From positions 16,404 to 80,403 of the IMG/VR virus record IMGVR_UViG_3300009103_000014: a stretch of 64,000 bases of DNA, one strand, 5' to 3'. The DNA comes from a virus (lineage: Duplodnaviria; Caudoviricetes). Numbering within the stretch: the stretch's first letter is position 1; each line of letters opens with the position of its first letter. Position numbers and translations under genes: made by a program. Below, in pieces: positions 1 through 9,592 of this stretch. Under the pieces are notes generated by a model. It ran no database searches. It was not told the origin of the DNA and was given only the letters and a program-made list of their open reading frames with translations.

Positions 1-427
1 ATGGTCCAGCAACAACTTCAATGTTACCCATAGCACCATACTGATCGTCGACATAAACAACACCTCTTTCGCCGCTAGTGTTATCTAAGATACTATAGTT
101 TAGAAAATGTCCAGCTACAGCACTTAAATCACTTTCAGTAATATCAAATCGTACTTTACCTTTAGAAGCATTTATAATTGTACCAGTTTTACTGATAAGA
201 GTTTGTGTTTTATCTTCATCTAAAACATTAAAGACAAATGTTTTGCCTGTAATATCGACAGCTTTCTGGTCAGTATTTTTCATTTCTATTACAATAGGGT
301 TTTTAGCACCTTTGTAAACTTTTAAATTACGAGCATACATAGTCAAATTCCTGTTCGGTGTAGACCCAATAGTGGTATATACTACTGAGTGGTTTTGTTG
401 TACTAAATAGGTTGTAGTCTTTAGCAT
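1..427 (-). CDS. Hypothetical protein, truncated by the window edge; possibly a virion protein with a BppU-N-like Ig fold
   Basis: Not in the ORF track. ATG at 427, open to the window edge: MLKTTTYLVQQNHSVV...LKVYKGAKNPIVIEMKNTDQKAVDITGKTFVFNV...KGKVRFDITESDL. TAAATA late promoter at 450-455. Confidence 0.7.
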   Translation of the reverse strand, partial: MLKTTTYLVQQNHSVVYTTIGSTPNRNLTMYARNLKVYKGAKNPIVIEMKNTDQKAVDITGKTFVFNVLDEDKTQTLISKTGTIINASKGKVRFDITESDLSAVAGHFLNYSILDNTSGERGVVYVDDQYGAMGNIEVVAGP

Positions 428-465
428 TATAAAATTACCTTTATTACTATATTTATGGAGCGAAC

Positions 466-837
466 GTGAATAAATTTGAGAAGTTAAGAGAAAAATATCC
501 TTTTTTAAGCCACGTTAAATATGCTGGCAACGAGTTTATAGGAATAATTCAAAATTTTGACAAACATTGTTTAAGTATATACGATATCGAACGATTAAAA
601 ACTACAGATGAAAAAACATTATTTTTAGAGCTAGGTGATACTTGGTGGAATGAATCAAACAGAATGATTCCTATTAACATATTTCTAAAAAAAGACTTCC
701 AATACTTTAAAATTTGCCTACAAACTTTTATATCTAAAGATTGTGAAATTATTAGCGGACCACAAGTAAGTTTAAAAAATATTAGTGAGAAACGTGTTAA
801 GAAAAGAAGTATACAACTAGTTAAAAAAGCTACTTAG
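466..837 (+). CDS. Phage hypothetical protein
   Basis: 123-aa ORF with GTG start and GGAG RBS. Confidence 0.75.
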   Translation: MNKFEKLREKYPFLSHVKYAGNEFIGIIQNFDKHCLSIYDIERLKTTDEKTLFLELGDTWWNESNRMIPINIFLKKDFQYFKICLQTFISKDCEIISGPQVSLKNISEKRVKKRSIQLVKKAT

Positions 838-1546
838 GTAATTCTAAAAAATCTTCATACTCTTGATAAGATATAAACTCTCCACCATACGTGTCTGGAC
901 TTATAACCTCAGATATAGCATCAATATTTTTTTGAGCCCATTCTAAATAATTAGTGTCAGCTCTAAATTTTAAATCATCAACATCAATTCTACTATTAGG
1001 AAATTTATTACTATAATATTTTTTAAACCTTTTTATAGTAGACTTTGTTCTTGTTAATGTATCTGTTCTGATATCAACATCACCTTTTACAATTATACAA
1101 AGAGCCCAATGAAGAATCCAATAAGGATTAGTATAATCTAACCATTTCCAAACTGGTTCTCTAAATAAATTAAAATCAAAATGTGTATGGAACCACTTAC
1201 TACTTTCTAAAACATTTCTTCTGCCAAGTCTTGGATTATCTCTATCAGGATTACCAGAACTAAACTTCCACTGATCTGTTGGATCAGTTTTGTTTATAAA
1301 TTCTTTTAATTCTTGTTCAGATGAAAAATTAAGTCTACATTCTTCAGACCATTCTTGATTAATTTCCTTTAAGGCTGTTGATGTTTTATATAACAAATCA
1401 TGAGCAGGGAAAGAATTTAAAGATTTATATCTGTTACTATCTAGTAATATTAATTTTTGACCATTTAGTATCGATGTAACGTATTCACCACCTGCTCCTG
1501 GGTGATATACTAATACTCGCTGATCATCTTTGAACCAATTGCTCAT
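830..1546 (-). CDS. Hypothetical protein, possibly sulfotransferase-like; paralog of 48631..49398
   Basis: N-terminal [12 protein letters not shown] motif and WKWLDY.N.YWILHW segment are shared with 48631..49398. Confidence 0.65.
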   Translation of the reverse strand: MSNWFKDDQRVLVYHPGAGGEYVTSILNGQKLILLDSNRYKSLNSFPAHDLLYKTSTALKEINQEWSEECRLNFSSEQELKEFINKTDPTDQWKFSSGNPDRDNPRLGRRNVLESSKWFHTHFDFNLFREPVWKWLDYTNPYWILHWALCIIVKGDVDIRTDTLTRTKSTIKRFKKYYSNKFPNSRIDVDDLKFRADTNYLEWAQKNIDAISEVISPDTYGGEFISYQEYEDFLELPK

Positions 1547-1911
1547 TCATCACCTTTTCCTGGGGTAGGATCGAATAAATGTTTTTTACCTTCAGGAAAA
1601 TTATCTGGGTGATATTCTTCTGCTTCTGGTAATGGTCCTCTATTTTTTGTTATAACTGGCCATTTGTGATCTTGAGAATATTCTGTATTGAAATTGAACC
1701 AATGATCTAATACATCTTTTTTTGTAGGATCTGTATCCGGCCATATAGCATCAACTGGACATTCTGGTTCGCATACGCCACAATCAATACACTCGTCTGG
1801 GTTAATAACCAGCATATTTTCACCTTCGTAAAAACAGTCAACTGGACATACTTCAACACAATCTAAGTGTTTACATTTTATACATTTATCATCTACCAAA
1901 TAAGTTGCCAT
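1543..1911 (-). CDS. fdxA: 7Fe/dicluster ferredoxin (FdxA type)
   Basis: [56 protein letters not shown] is the classic FdxA pattern; likely start is ATG 1911. Confidence 0.93.
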   Translation of the reverse strand: MATYLVDDKCIKCKHLDCVEVCPVDCFYEGENMLVINPDECIDCGVCEPECPVDAIWPDTDPTKKDVLDHWFNFNTEYSQDHKWPVITKNRGPLPEAEEYHPDNFPEGKKHLFDPTPGKGDE

Positions 1912-1913
1912 AC

Positions 1914-2078
1914 TTATATTCCTATGTTCTTCCAACTGTCGGACAAATTATAATTTTTTCTTTTCTTTTTTATTAACAATCGAATTCGATTTCGATTTTT
2001 ACCAAAATAATAACCTGCTGAAAATGAAACAGCCATTACAGTTACTATTGCTGAAATATGCCATATCCAAAATATCAT
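1914..2078 (-). CDS. Small single-TM membrane protein (54 aa)
   Basis: Not in the ORF track. [35 protein letters not shown] followed by a basic tail; fills the gap between neighbours. Confidence 0.65.
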   Translation of the reverse strand: MIFWIWHISAIVTVMAVSFSAGYYFGKNRNRIRLLIKKKRKNYNLSDSWKNIGI

Positions 2079-2079
2079 G

Positions 2080-2655
2080 TTAATCTCCTTTCTCTTGTTC
2101 TTCTAATAAATTAATGTGTAATGCTACTAAATGAGCATAAGCAACAGCATGAGCTTTTTTAAAGTAATAACTACCATCCATAGGTTTTGTCCATACTGTA
2201 TCTGCTATTTGTTTCCAGTGACTATTTCTTAAACTTGCTTTACCTGGTCTCATCACTGCTAAAAACATAGCCATTCTAACCATGCTATCAGGTTTTAGTT
2301 GTGTTAGTAATTCAAAATGATTATTCACGTGTATTACTTTTTCACAAAATTCTTTATCTGTCCATAAACGTTGCCAGTTAGGTTCTTTAGCAAGTAGTGT
2401 ATTCATATGTTCTTCGTCTTTAATGCCTTGGTACACATTTACATTTAAAAAGTCTACTTTAAAGTATCCTCTTTCTTCTGCTGTTTCATAATCAATACTA
2501 GCTTGTCCTGTTGCTGGGTTTAATGGTATATCAATAAAGTAAGCACCAGTATTGTGCTTTTTACCATCTTCCAACGTTGCTGGAATATGTTTAATCTTAT
2601 CTAATATTAAATCTCTATTAGCAAAATCTATATCAATGTCTGGTAACTTTTTCAT
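2080..2655 (-). CDS. Minimal DNA polymerase III alpha (DnaE)-like protein, 191 aa
   Basis: PDIDIDF, KHNTGAY, GYFKVDFL, AVMRPG and YYFKKAHAVAYA match DnaE palm/finger motifs; ATG 2655 overlaps the upstream stop (ATGA). Confidence 0.85.
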   Translation of the reverse strand: MKKLPDIDIDFANRDLILDKIKHIPATLEDGKKHNTGAYFIDIPLNPATGQASIDYETAEERGYFKVDFLNVNVYQGIKDEEHMNTLLAKEPNWQRLWTDKEFCEKVIHVNNHFELLTQLKPDSMVRMAMFLAVMRPGKASLRNSHWKQIADTVWTKPMDGSYYFKKAHAVAYAHLVALHINLLEEQEKGD

Positions 2656-2936
2656 AAATTTAAAATCAATGTTATTAAAGCAATAACGTTCATTAGTGTA
2701 AACCAACTACACAAAAATATTACCATTGCCGCCTTTCTAATTACTGAACTAACTACACCTAATGCTGACCCAACCATATACATTGGAACAAATATCCACA
2801 TAGCTGGGTCTAATACTGTAAATGTTAATACAGCACTTGCTCCAACTAATAATATAGTTTCAACAACTTCACACCAAAAAGCCAATGGACTTAACTGATA
2901 CGACTCTTTAAAAAATCCTACAACTTTTTGATACAT
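2652..2936 (-). CDS. Small multi-pass membrane protein
   Basis: 94 aa with about three hydrophobic segments; translationally coupled on both sides. Confidence 0.7.
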   Translation of the reverse strand: MYQKVVGFFKESYQLSPLAFWCEVVETILLVGASAVLTFTVLDPAMWIFVPMYMVGSALGVVSSVIRKAAMVIFLCSWFTLMNVIALITLILNL

Positions 2937-3676
2937 TAAAATCCTACTTCTTTCAACGTTTCTTTAACTATTTTAGATTCTTTATTATACTTGATAAAAT
3001 ATTGTCTCCAATAATCCGGATCAATGTATTCATAAACTAATTCTAATTGTTCTTGATTAAGTTTACTTAAAAATTCTTTACCTGTTTCTGTATTAAAAAC
3101 AACCCAACAACTAATACGACCATTAATAATATCTTGACAAATTTTATTTTTACTATTAGCAAAGAAATAACTTTTAGATAAAACATTTTCACCAGCACTA
3201 TCAGACCAATCATCCATTGTAGTTAAACTTCTAGACAAAGCATCTTCCCAATGTTCTGTTTTAAGATATCCTGATAGCCAGTCTAAATAATATTGTTCTT
3301 TACACCAATAGTCTAATTTAAACTTGCTTTTAATTACATATTCAATATATCGTTTCGTGTTTATAACTTTATAATCAATTAAAAATCTACCAAACTTTAC
3401 AAAAGCATTATAATAATTGCTTTTAACAAAATCAGCATACGTTAATTTTCTACCTGAATTTGGTTGTGTATCTTTAAAAAATATTAGATATGCTTGTTGA
3501 CCTAATTGTACATTTTTATCATATTGTTGTTCCCAACGTCTTTTAGACTCACACATATGAGCTAATAATGTTGTTTCTTTTACAAAACTTCTATGACAAT
3601 ACTTACAACTATATTTCTTGGGAGATTTGTAATTTTCTTGTGCTTGTTTTACTATCTCGGTCATTTCTACATTCAC
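2936..3676 (-). CDS. Zinc-finger-containing phage protein
   Basis: YSCKYCHRSF..ETTLLAHMC, a C2H2/C2HC-type finger; lies in the replication cluster. Confidence 0.7.
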   Translation of the reverse strand: MNVEMTEIVKQAQENYKSPKKYSCKYCHRSFVKETTLLAHMCESKRRWEQQYDKNVQLGQQAYLIFFKDTQPNSGRKLTYADFVKSNYYNAFVKFGRFLIDYKVINTKRYIEYVIKSKFKLDYWCKEQYYLDWLSGYLKTEHWEDALSRSLTTMDDWSDSAGENVLSKSYFFANSKNKICQDIINGRISCWVVFNTETGKEFLSKLNQEQLELVYEYIDPDYWRQYFIKYNKESKIVKETLKEVGF

Positions 3677-4149
3677 TTGATCTCGGCCTTTATATCAGAG
3701 TCTTGCCATCCTAACAAAACTAGTTGTTCCTTGAGTTCTTTTTTAGTTACAATACTTGACAACAGTTGAACGTCATCTTCTTTCATATTAGGATATATTT
3801 TCCTAATAGTTTTATCAAATCCAGTTTTACTTGACTTATCTTTTTTCTTATGAGGAATCCACTCATGAAAATGTGTTCCCATTTGTGGACTAATTGTAGT
3901 TAATAACAACCAATGTAATTTAGGATGTTTACTAGTACTTATATCAAAGAAATTCTTGTTGGTTCTTTCGTTAGTCGCTCTTAAATACCATTGCTGTAAA
4001 AGTTCCTCGCCCTTAACAGACGAAGAATATCTATTATATAAGAAAGGTGAAAATGCTTTCTTTTCTTCTACTGAAAGTCTATCCCAGAACTTTCTATCTT
4101 TTTTATCGATAGCTGGAAGAACTTTGTTTAATGGTAAATTTACCCCCAT
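3673..4149 (-). CDS. Clamp loader small subunit (T4 gp62-like)
   Basis: KAFSPFLYNRYSS and FHEWI motifs, size and replication-gene context. Confidence 0.6.
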   Translation of the reverse strand: MGVNLPLNKVLPAIDKKDRKFWDRLSVEEKKAFSPFLYNRYSSSVKGEELLQQWYLRATNERTNKNFFDISTSKHPKLHWLLLTTISPQMGTHFHEWIPHKKKDKSSKTGFDKTIRKIYPNMKEDDVQLLSSIVTKKELKEQLVLLGWQDSDIKAEIK

Positions 4150-4646
4150 GCTTTTCCTACGTCTACAATTTCATTATTTCTTGTAACCTCTTTAACAAAA
4201 AAGGCACACTTAGGTTTATCACCTTCATGTAATGGTACTGCTAATAATTGACCTGCTTTTAATTTTGGAAAGAACCATCTTACTTCTTGATACACGTCTA
4301 CTATCTCAACAGGATAAAAGTCTGGTTTAAAATCAGATAACTGATTAAACACAAACGCCTTAAATCCTCTATCGTTAATACTTGTTAATGACAATACTTC
4401 TAAATCACCGTGGTCTTCTTCACCTATAAGCATACACCAATCTAATGGCATTTTAATTTGATGTTTACCTATCTTAAGAACTAAAGCAGGGCTATTAAAA
4501 CTTTCTAAAAATATAAGTGGTATAAAAAAATAATCCGGGTTTTCTGGGTCCGAATTATCTAATACGCCAAATCTCATATCTTCTACTTCATCAGGTACCT
4601 CGGTCATCGGAAAGCATTTGTTGTCCAATGTTAATATTTGACTCAT
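4140..4646 (-). CDS. Hypothetical protein with a possible degenerate Hint-like fold
   Basis: 168 aa with AAGGA RBS and its own promoter; strand pattern resembles intein blocks. Confidence 0.6.
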   Translation of the reverse strand: MSQILTLDNKCFPMTEVPDEVEDMRFGVLDNSDPENPDYFFIPLIFLESFNSPALVLKIGKHQIKMPLDWCMLIGEEDHGDLEVLSLTSINDRGFKAFVFNQLSDFKPDFYPVEIVDVYQEVRWFFPKLKAGQLLAVPLHEGDKPKCAFFVKEVTRNNEIVDVGKAWG

Positions 4647-4670
4647 TTTTTATCCTTTTATAATATGTGT

Positions 4671-4699
4671 AGTATAGCATCATTTAGCCTCCCAGTCAA
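4671..4699 (-). promoter_or_regulatory. sigma70-type early promoter
   Basis: TTGACT-N17-TATACT overlapping the 3' end of uvsW. Confidence 0.7.
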
Positions 4700-6146
4700 C
4701 TTTTTCTACCTGGAATGGGTAATTAGCTTCTTTATAAAACTTCTTTCTTTTAGTTAAATGTCTTTTAGCAAACTTACAGGTGCTAGTGATATCCCAAATT
4801 TGAACAAAATCTTTATCATCTGCTTTTCTAATACCACGTCCGATGCTTTGAATTACCCTAACAAAAGACTTGCCTGGTTCAAGCAAAATTAAATTAAATA
4901 TTCTTGGAATATTAATTCCTACTGAAGCTACACCATAAGTTGCTACAATAATTTTATCTGTAGCATCTGCTACTTCGTCGTAATGTTCTTTTCTATCATC
5001 ACCTTTTGTACTACCCGATATGAATACTGCTTTATCACCAATCATTTCTGTTAAATCTTTACCAGCACTAATTCTATCTACCAATATAAGTGTATTGCCT
5101 GACTCTGCTATTTTAGTAAACAATCGAGACAAATATTCTATTCTACTAGAATTTGTTAACAAGTATTTAAGCTCTTGCTGATAGCCTCCATAATCACCAT
5201 AGTCTTGTAATTGTACAACATTAACGTGACAATTGGCTAATACACCCTGAGCTTGTAATTCACTTGCCGGTATTTTTGCTGTTACCTCACCTAAACTTAC
5301 TTGTAAACTTTTCCATTCAAAATTTTCTTTAGGTATAGTTCCTGTTAATCCCCAACGTATTGGTACGTGAGCAAAGACTCCTGTTAATAACTGCTTTAAT
5401 ACATCTGCCTTAGCCATATGTACTTCATCAACCATAACACAAACAACATCTTCTATAAACTCTTCTATAGGAATTAATGCCTCACTATTTTTTGTTTTCT
5501 TTAACAATATATTTAAACTTTGCCAAGTACAAATGGTATGTGTTTTACCAAACTCTTTTCTATCACCAAAAAATACACCAACATCAAGACCCATATTAAG
5601 ATAGTCTTCTTCTGTTTGTGTTACTAATGATTTATTAGGTACAATTACAATACTTCTACCATATGGTTCTACCTTTTGACTTAATACAGCCGTTATTAAA
5701 GTCTTACCAGCACCAGTGGCTATTTCTTGTATGCTTTGTGGATTTTCTAAAAACTTATTAATGGTGTCTACTTGGTAATCACGTAATTTAATTGCTTCAC
5801 CGACCATTAAATGTTTTTCAGGCCAAGTAATATTACTATAAGAATCTTCTTTAACTTTTTCAAATTGAAAATTAGTTTTATATTGGCGTTTGTCATCTAG
5901 CTCAATTTCATAACCGAGTTCTTCTAATACAGGAATAATTTCTGGTAACAAATTAGTATAGGTGGAACCACCCAGCTGAAAAAATGCTATCTTACCGTCC
6001 CAGCGACCTAATCTTACTGCTGGAAGATATCTAGCATACGGAACTTCATATTTAAAACGATTTGATAATTTTTTACGAGCATTAAGATCTAATCCTTCAA
6101 ATTTAATGTTAACTTCATCCTTTATATGTAATATACATTTGCTCAT
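4680..6146 (-). CDS. uvsW: UvsW-like SF2 DNA helicase
   Basis: LRDYQ, ATGAGKT (Walker A), DEVH, GLTGT, VGINIP and QSIGRG.R. Confidence 0.92.
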   Translation of the reverse strand: MSKCILHIKDEVNIKFEGLDLNARKKLSNRFKYEVPYARYLPAVRLGRWDGKIAFFQLGGSTYTNLLPEIIPVLEELGYEIELDDKRQYKTNFQFEKVKEDSYSNITWPEKHLMVGEAIKLRDYQVDTINKFLENPQSIQEIATGAGKTLITAVLSQKVEPYGRSIVIVPNKSLVTQTEEDYLNMGLDVGVFFGDRKEFGKTHTICTWQSLNILLKKTKNSEALIPIEEFIEDVVCVMVDEVHMAKADVLKQLLTGVFAHVPIRWGLTGTIPKENFEWKSLQVSLGEVTAKIPASELQAQGVLANCHVNVVQLQDYGDYGGYQQELKYLLTNSSRIEYLSRLFTKIAESGNTLILVDRISAGKDLTEMIGDKAVFISGSTKGDDRKEHYDEVADATDKIIVATYGVASVGINIPRIFNLILLEPGKSFVRVIQSIGRGIRKADDKDFVQIWDITSTCKFAKRHLTKRKKFYKEANYPFQVEKVDWEAK

Positions 6147-7357
6147 TAAAATAATTCATCACTATCAATTTCATTTTCTGAAGGTACTTTTGGTGCGACT
6201 TCAATAACTTTATTACTTTGGAATACATTTCTTTTACTAAACATACCGTACCCAATAGTTATCTCAGAATCAAAATCCCATTCTTTATTATGTAACCTAC
6301 TCATTTTATCAGTTATTAATACCTTTGTAGTTTCTATAGGCTTGTCTACCTTTGACCCAAGTCCATCAAAAACATTACTCTTACCACTAATTACTAATTC
6401 ATCTACTGTTCCAAACCTAGCTTTCCACATTCTTGCGATCTTTTTAATCTCTTTAATGTTTTCAGTTGAATGACTTGATAATCCAACGGCAATTTTTTCA
6501 AAACCTAAATCTAAACAACTAAACAATATAGTACTTAGATCGTTGTCCAATTTAACAAACCTATTTGTTAAGATTTTCTTTTCAAGTATATTAAAATTAT
6601 ACTTGGTTAAGACATCATTGTCAAGATTTATTGCCAATAATCCGCAACTTTTTATTTGTTGGAGAATTGACTTTTCTTTAATATTTTCATCCCAATACTT
6701 CTGTAATTCTTCAGGGGCATTATGTAATACTAATGAATCATTATTATGAGTAGCATAAATTGAATACTTTTCTTTATTGTTTAGAATTTCATTTAACTCA
6801 TTAACATAAGGCTCGACGTCATCTGAAAACTTATCAAATTCTTTTTCTTTACACCAGTTATACATCTTTAAAAAGTTATGTTCGTTATTATCTATCTCCC
6901 ATCTCTTTTTACTTTGATTCCATTTTGAATTCCCGTCATGTAATAAATTATCATCTCGTAAAAACCCGTTAACTTCTTTAATCCAATCTTGATTATATGG
7001 GAAATGTAAATAAATCCATTTATCGTTAAAATCAAATCTCTTTGAACGATCTACTGTCCTAACTTCTGTTCTAAAAACAGGATCTAAAACAATCTTTGTA
7101 ATATCAACACCAACTTGTCTAAACTGTTTGCGGTATTTACTAGTCAATTTAATAGCAAGATCTCGTTGACGTGATGTCATACCTTCGTTTCGATGTATGT
7201 AAGAAGACACATTATTAACAAAGTTAACATCATAACGAGCTAACTTAATATACATACCTATACCTCGACCGTGCTTTTTAGGAGTACGTGGCGGGGACTC
7301 AGACCCCGCCATAACTTCTATACAATACTCTATGTCTTTAGGTAAAAGCATCTTCAT
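6146..7357 (-). CDS. Hypothetical protein
   Basis: 403-aa ORF coupled to uvsW. Confidence 0.7.
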   Translation of the reverse strand: MKMLLPKDIEYCIEVMAGSESPPRTPKKHGRGIGMYIKLARYDVNFVNNVSSYIHRNEGMTSRQRDLAIKLTSKYRKQFRQVGVDITKIVLDPVFRTEVRTVDRSKRFDFNDKWIYLHFPYNQDWIKEVNGFLRDDNLLHDGNSKWNQSKKRWEIDNNEHNFLKMYNWCKEKEFDKFSDDVEPYVNELNEILNNKEKYSIYATHNNDSLVLHNAPEELQKYWDENIKEKSILQQIKSCGLLAINLDNDVLTKYNFNILEKKILTNRFVKLDNDLSTILFSCLDLGFEKIAVGLSSHSTENIKEIKKIARMWKARFGTVDELVISGKSNVFDGLGSKVDKPIETTKVLITDKMSRLHNKEWDFDSEITIGYGMFSKRNVFQSNKVIEVAPKVPSENEIDSDELF

Positions 7358-8355
7358 TGATTAATTCCTTTTGTTACTGACTCTTTATTTTTGCCTTTTC
7401 TTACTTCATCATAATAGACAATAGTAGTAGGCACTTCAACTGGTTTGTAATACTCTTTACATTTTTTGTAAAGTTTGATTGAATCTTTATGATTAATATT
7501 AGGGGCTCCGGCACCATGTTCTAATTTATATAAAGTAAGATTATCATCATCTGTATAACCTTCACTTTGGTAACAATCCCATATAACATTTAAATTCTGA
7601 TAATTTATGTACCTTGTTAAGCCTGTACGATAAATGCCCCATTGAAAAAATACACCTCTATATTTTGATTGTGTTCGACCTTTGTAGTTGTATTTAAGTT
7701 CGTTATTAACCCAAACTTTAAAAAATCCGTCTTTCTTTTTAGTCCATTTTACGTTTATTAAAATATCATTCCATTTGCCTATCATATCTTCTTTAGGAAT
7801 AAGCAAAACTTCATCTCTATCACAAAATCCCATAGAACAATATCCTTCGATACCTTTATTACCGATAGTTCTTACTAAAGTATATCCACTCCTGTTTTCT
7901 TTAGTTTGAAATACAGGGTCATAACTATCACCAATATAATCTACTTCTTTAAATTGCCCGTATGTGTTTTGTAAAGGCCATAAATTTATATGACTTTTTG
8001 GAAAATACATTGACCAGGCTAACCAATGTTCACCGCCTGTCATATAATCTTTAGAACCTCTAGAATCGCCTGAATTAAATTCACGTCGTTCTCGATCTGT
8101 TTTACAATCTTGATGGAACCCAGTACCTCTACCGCAATCACCTTGTCGTACTTCGATTCTTAATGCTTCATTACCACTTCGTACAATATCATTAACAACT
8201 GTTACACCATAATCGCTAGGTTTAAAATTTCCTGCTTTATGTAAAGTATAAAAACCAGAACCAATATCATCTGATATTTTATACTTAGGCCCTTGTCCAG
8301 CATACGACTGAAATGATACAACGACAAATACTAAAGTTAGCAAAATCTTTTTCAT
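7354..8355 (-). CDS. Secreted polysaccharide-lyase-like protein (heparin lyase I / Polysacc_lyase-like jelly roll)
   Basis: Signal peptide; VRSGNEALRIEVRQGDC, DRERRE, GKWNDI.INVKW...DGFFKVWVN, FQWGIYR and VYYDEVR.G. Confidence 0.75.
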   Translation of the reverse strand: MKKILLTLVFVVVSFQSYAGQGPKYKISDDIGSGFYTLHKAGNFKPSDYGVTVVNDIVRSGNEALRIEVRQGDCGRGTGFHQDCKTDRERREFNSGDSRGSKDYMTGGEHWLAWSMYFPKSHINLWPLQNTYGQFKEVDYIGDSYDPVFQTKENRSGYTLVRTIGNKGIEGYCSMGFCDRDEVLLIPKEDMIGKWNDILINVKWTKKKDGFFKVWVNNELKYNYKGRTQSKYRGVFFQWGIYRTGLTRYINYQNLNVIWDCYQSEGYTDDDNLTLYKLEHGAGAPNINHKDSIKLYKKCKEYYKPVEVPTTIVYYDEVRKGKNKESVTKGINQ

Positions 8356-8376
8356 GATAATTCCTTATCCTCAGTT

Positions 8377-8406
8377 AAAAAATTGGGGAGTATAAAACTC
8401 CCCAAT
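8377..8406 (-). terminator. Rho-independent terminator
   Basis: ATTGGGGAGT-TTTAT-ACTCCCCAAT plus T-tract, downstream of the ATPase gene. Confidence 0.85.
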
Positions 8407-8424
8407 CTGCTTGGTTCGGAGTAA

Positions 8425-9471
8425 CTATGCCGCCCGTTTCATACAGGTCGATACAGCCAAGCTCTGCCACTTTTCGGAAATCTTCTTAAGGTCACCAACT
8501 TTAAGAGCTGTCCTCAAACTCATTTCACGAAGTCTGTTTCGGTTCTCATATATAAAAGCAAGAATTTCTTCTTCGTCTTCTTTAGTAAAACCGTAACCTT
8601 GAAACAAATCACCTTTATCAGCAATTTGTTTAATTCTTAAAAACTTATCTCTCATAGTATCAAGAGTAAGATCTAAATAGTGACATCTTGACATAAGTGC
8701 CTCTAGGTGATCTTTAAGTTTCTTAGATTTAACGTGTTCAAATTTAATGTTGGTAACAAAACAAGCTGAACCTTTAAATTCAAATTCGTTTGGTATACCT
8801 TCTGCTCTAAGTTTTGAACTATCCGCACTCCACATTAACCTACGTCTCTTACCACTATCTAAAGCGGCCTTTAAAATGTTTAATGCCAAGTCATCTAGTA
8901 AAACTGAATCACAGTCATCAAAAACGATAACATTTCCTGAATCACTGAACTCATAAAGTTTAGCATAAAGTCCTAGTGCCGTCATCGCACCTTTAACAAC
9001 TTCATACTTCCTTTTACCGCCACCGATATCATCAAATAGGCTATGCTCATCTAATGTTTGTTCAACACCGTATGATTTACCAACCCCTGGAGGTCCTGTA
9101 ACAATCAAAGCACGGATGTCGCCATTTTTTAGACTGGCCGCCATCTCGTTTAAAATTTCAAAACGTTCAGTAATTTCTTTAATACGTTTTTCATCGGAAA
9201 CTTGAGAACTAAACTCGCCTTCTTTCTGGCCTTCGTTCATTCCTAATGTTTCACATTGTTTTAAATAATCCGCTTCATCTTCAACGAAGCTAAACCCTGT
9301 TGGTTTAACAGTAACCCTAATTTTATTAAAATCAGGACCGAACACTTTTGAACCATCAACAGTAAGAAACATTCCTTTCTTACCGGATGTCATGTTCTTG
9401 ATGAGTGGGAAAATGATGTTCTCTACAGGCTTATTTCTGTAAGAACCTTTCTTAATTAACACATATGACAT
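8425..9471 (-). CDS. AAA+ family ATPase
   Basis: Walker A GPPGVGKS, Walker B VIVFDDCD, arginine finger ALMSRC; AAGGAG RBS before ATG 9471. Confidence 0.85.
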   Translation of the reverse strand: MSYVLIKKGSYRNKPVENIIFPLIKNMTSGKKGMFLTVDGSKVFGPDFNKIRVTVKPTGFSFVEDEADYLKQCETLGMNEGQKEGEFSSQVSDEKRIKEITERFEILNEMAASLKNGDIRALIVTGPPGVGKSYGVEQTLDEHSLFDDIGGGKRKYEVVKGAMTALGLYAKLYEFSDSGNVIVFDDCDSVLLDDLALNILKAALDSGKRRRLMWSADSSKLRAEGIPNEFEFKGSACFVTNIKFEHVKSKKLKDHLEALMSRCHYLDLTLDTMRDKFLRIKQIADKGDLFQGYGFTKEDEEEILAFIYENRNRLREMSLRTALKVGDLKKISEKWQSLAVSTCMKRAA

Positions 9472-9521
9472 ATAGTTACTCCTTTTCATTGTCTATTGGT
9501 TTTTCTAACTTTACATATACT

Positions 9522-9550
9522 ATTGTACAGTCATTCGGCCCATTTGTCAA
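9522..9550 (-). promoter_or_regulatory. sigma70-type early promoter
   Basis: TTGACA-N17-TACAAT. Confidence 0.85.
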
Positions 9551-9576
9551 CCGAAATGACGTCTTTTTTTCGCTTG

Positions 9577-9589
9577 TAAGTCGTTGATT
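9577..9589 (-). promoter_or_regulatory. IHF consensus site upstream of the early promoter
   Basis: AATCAACGACTTA matches WATCAANNNNTTR, with an A-rich 5' flank. Confidence 0.55.
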
Positions 9590-9592
9590 TTA

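Noticed and set aside
1976-2000. Short TCGA-rich repeat (atcgaattcgatttcgatt)
   Set aside because: It falls within the 54-aa ORF (encodes NRNRIR); there is no evidence of an independent function
2656-2706. N-terminal extensions given by the ORF track (mini-DnaE from 2706; also 1935, 9489, 10270, 23063, 60619)
   Set aside because: RBS, promoter position or gene overlap favour downstream starts at 2655, 1911, 9471, 10186, 23099 and 60610
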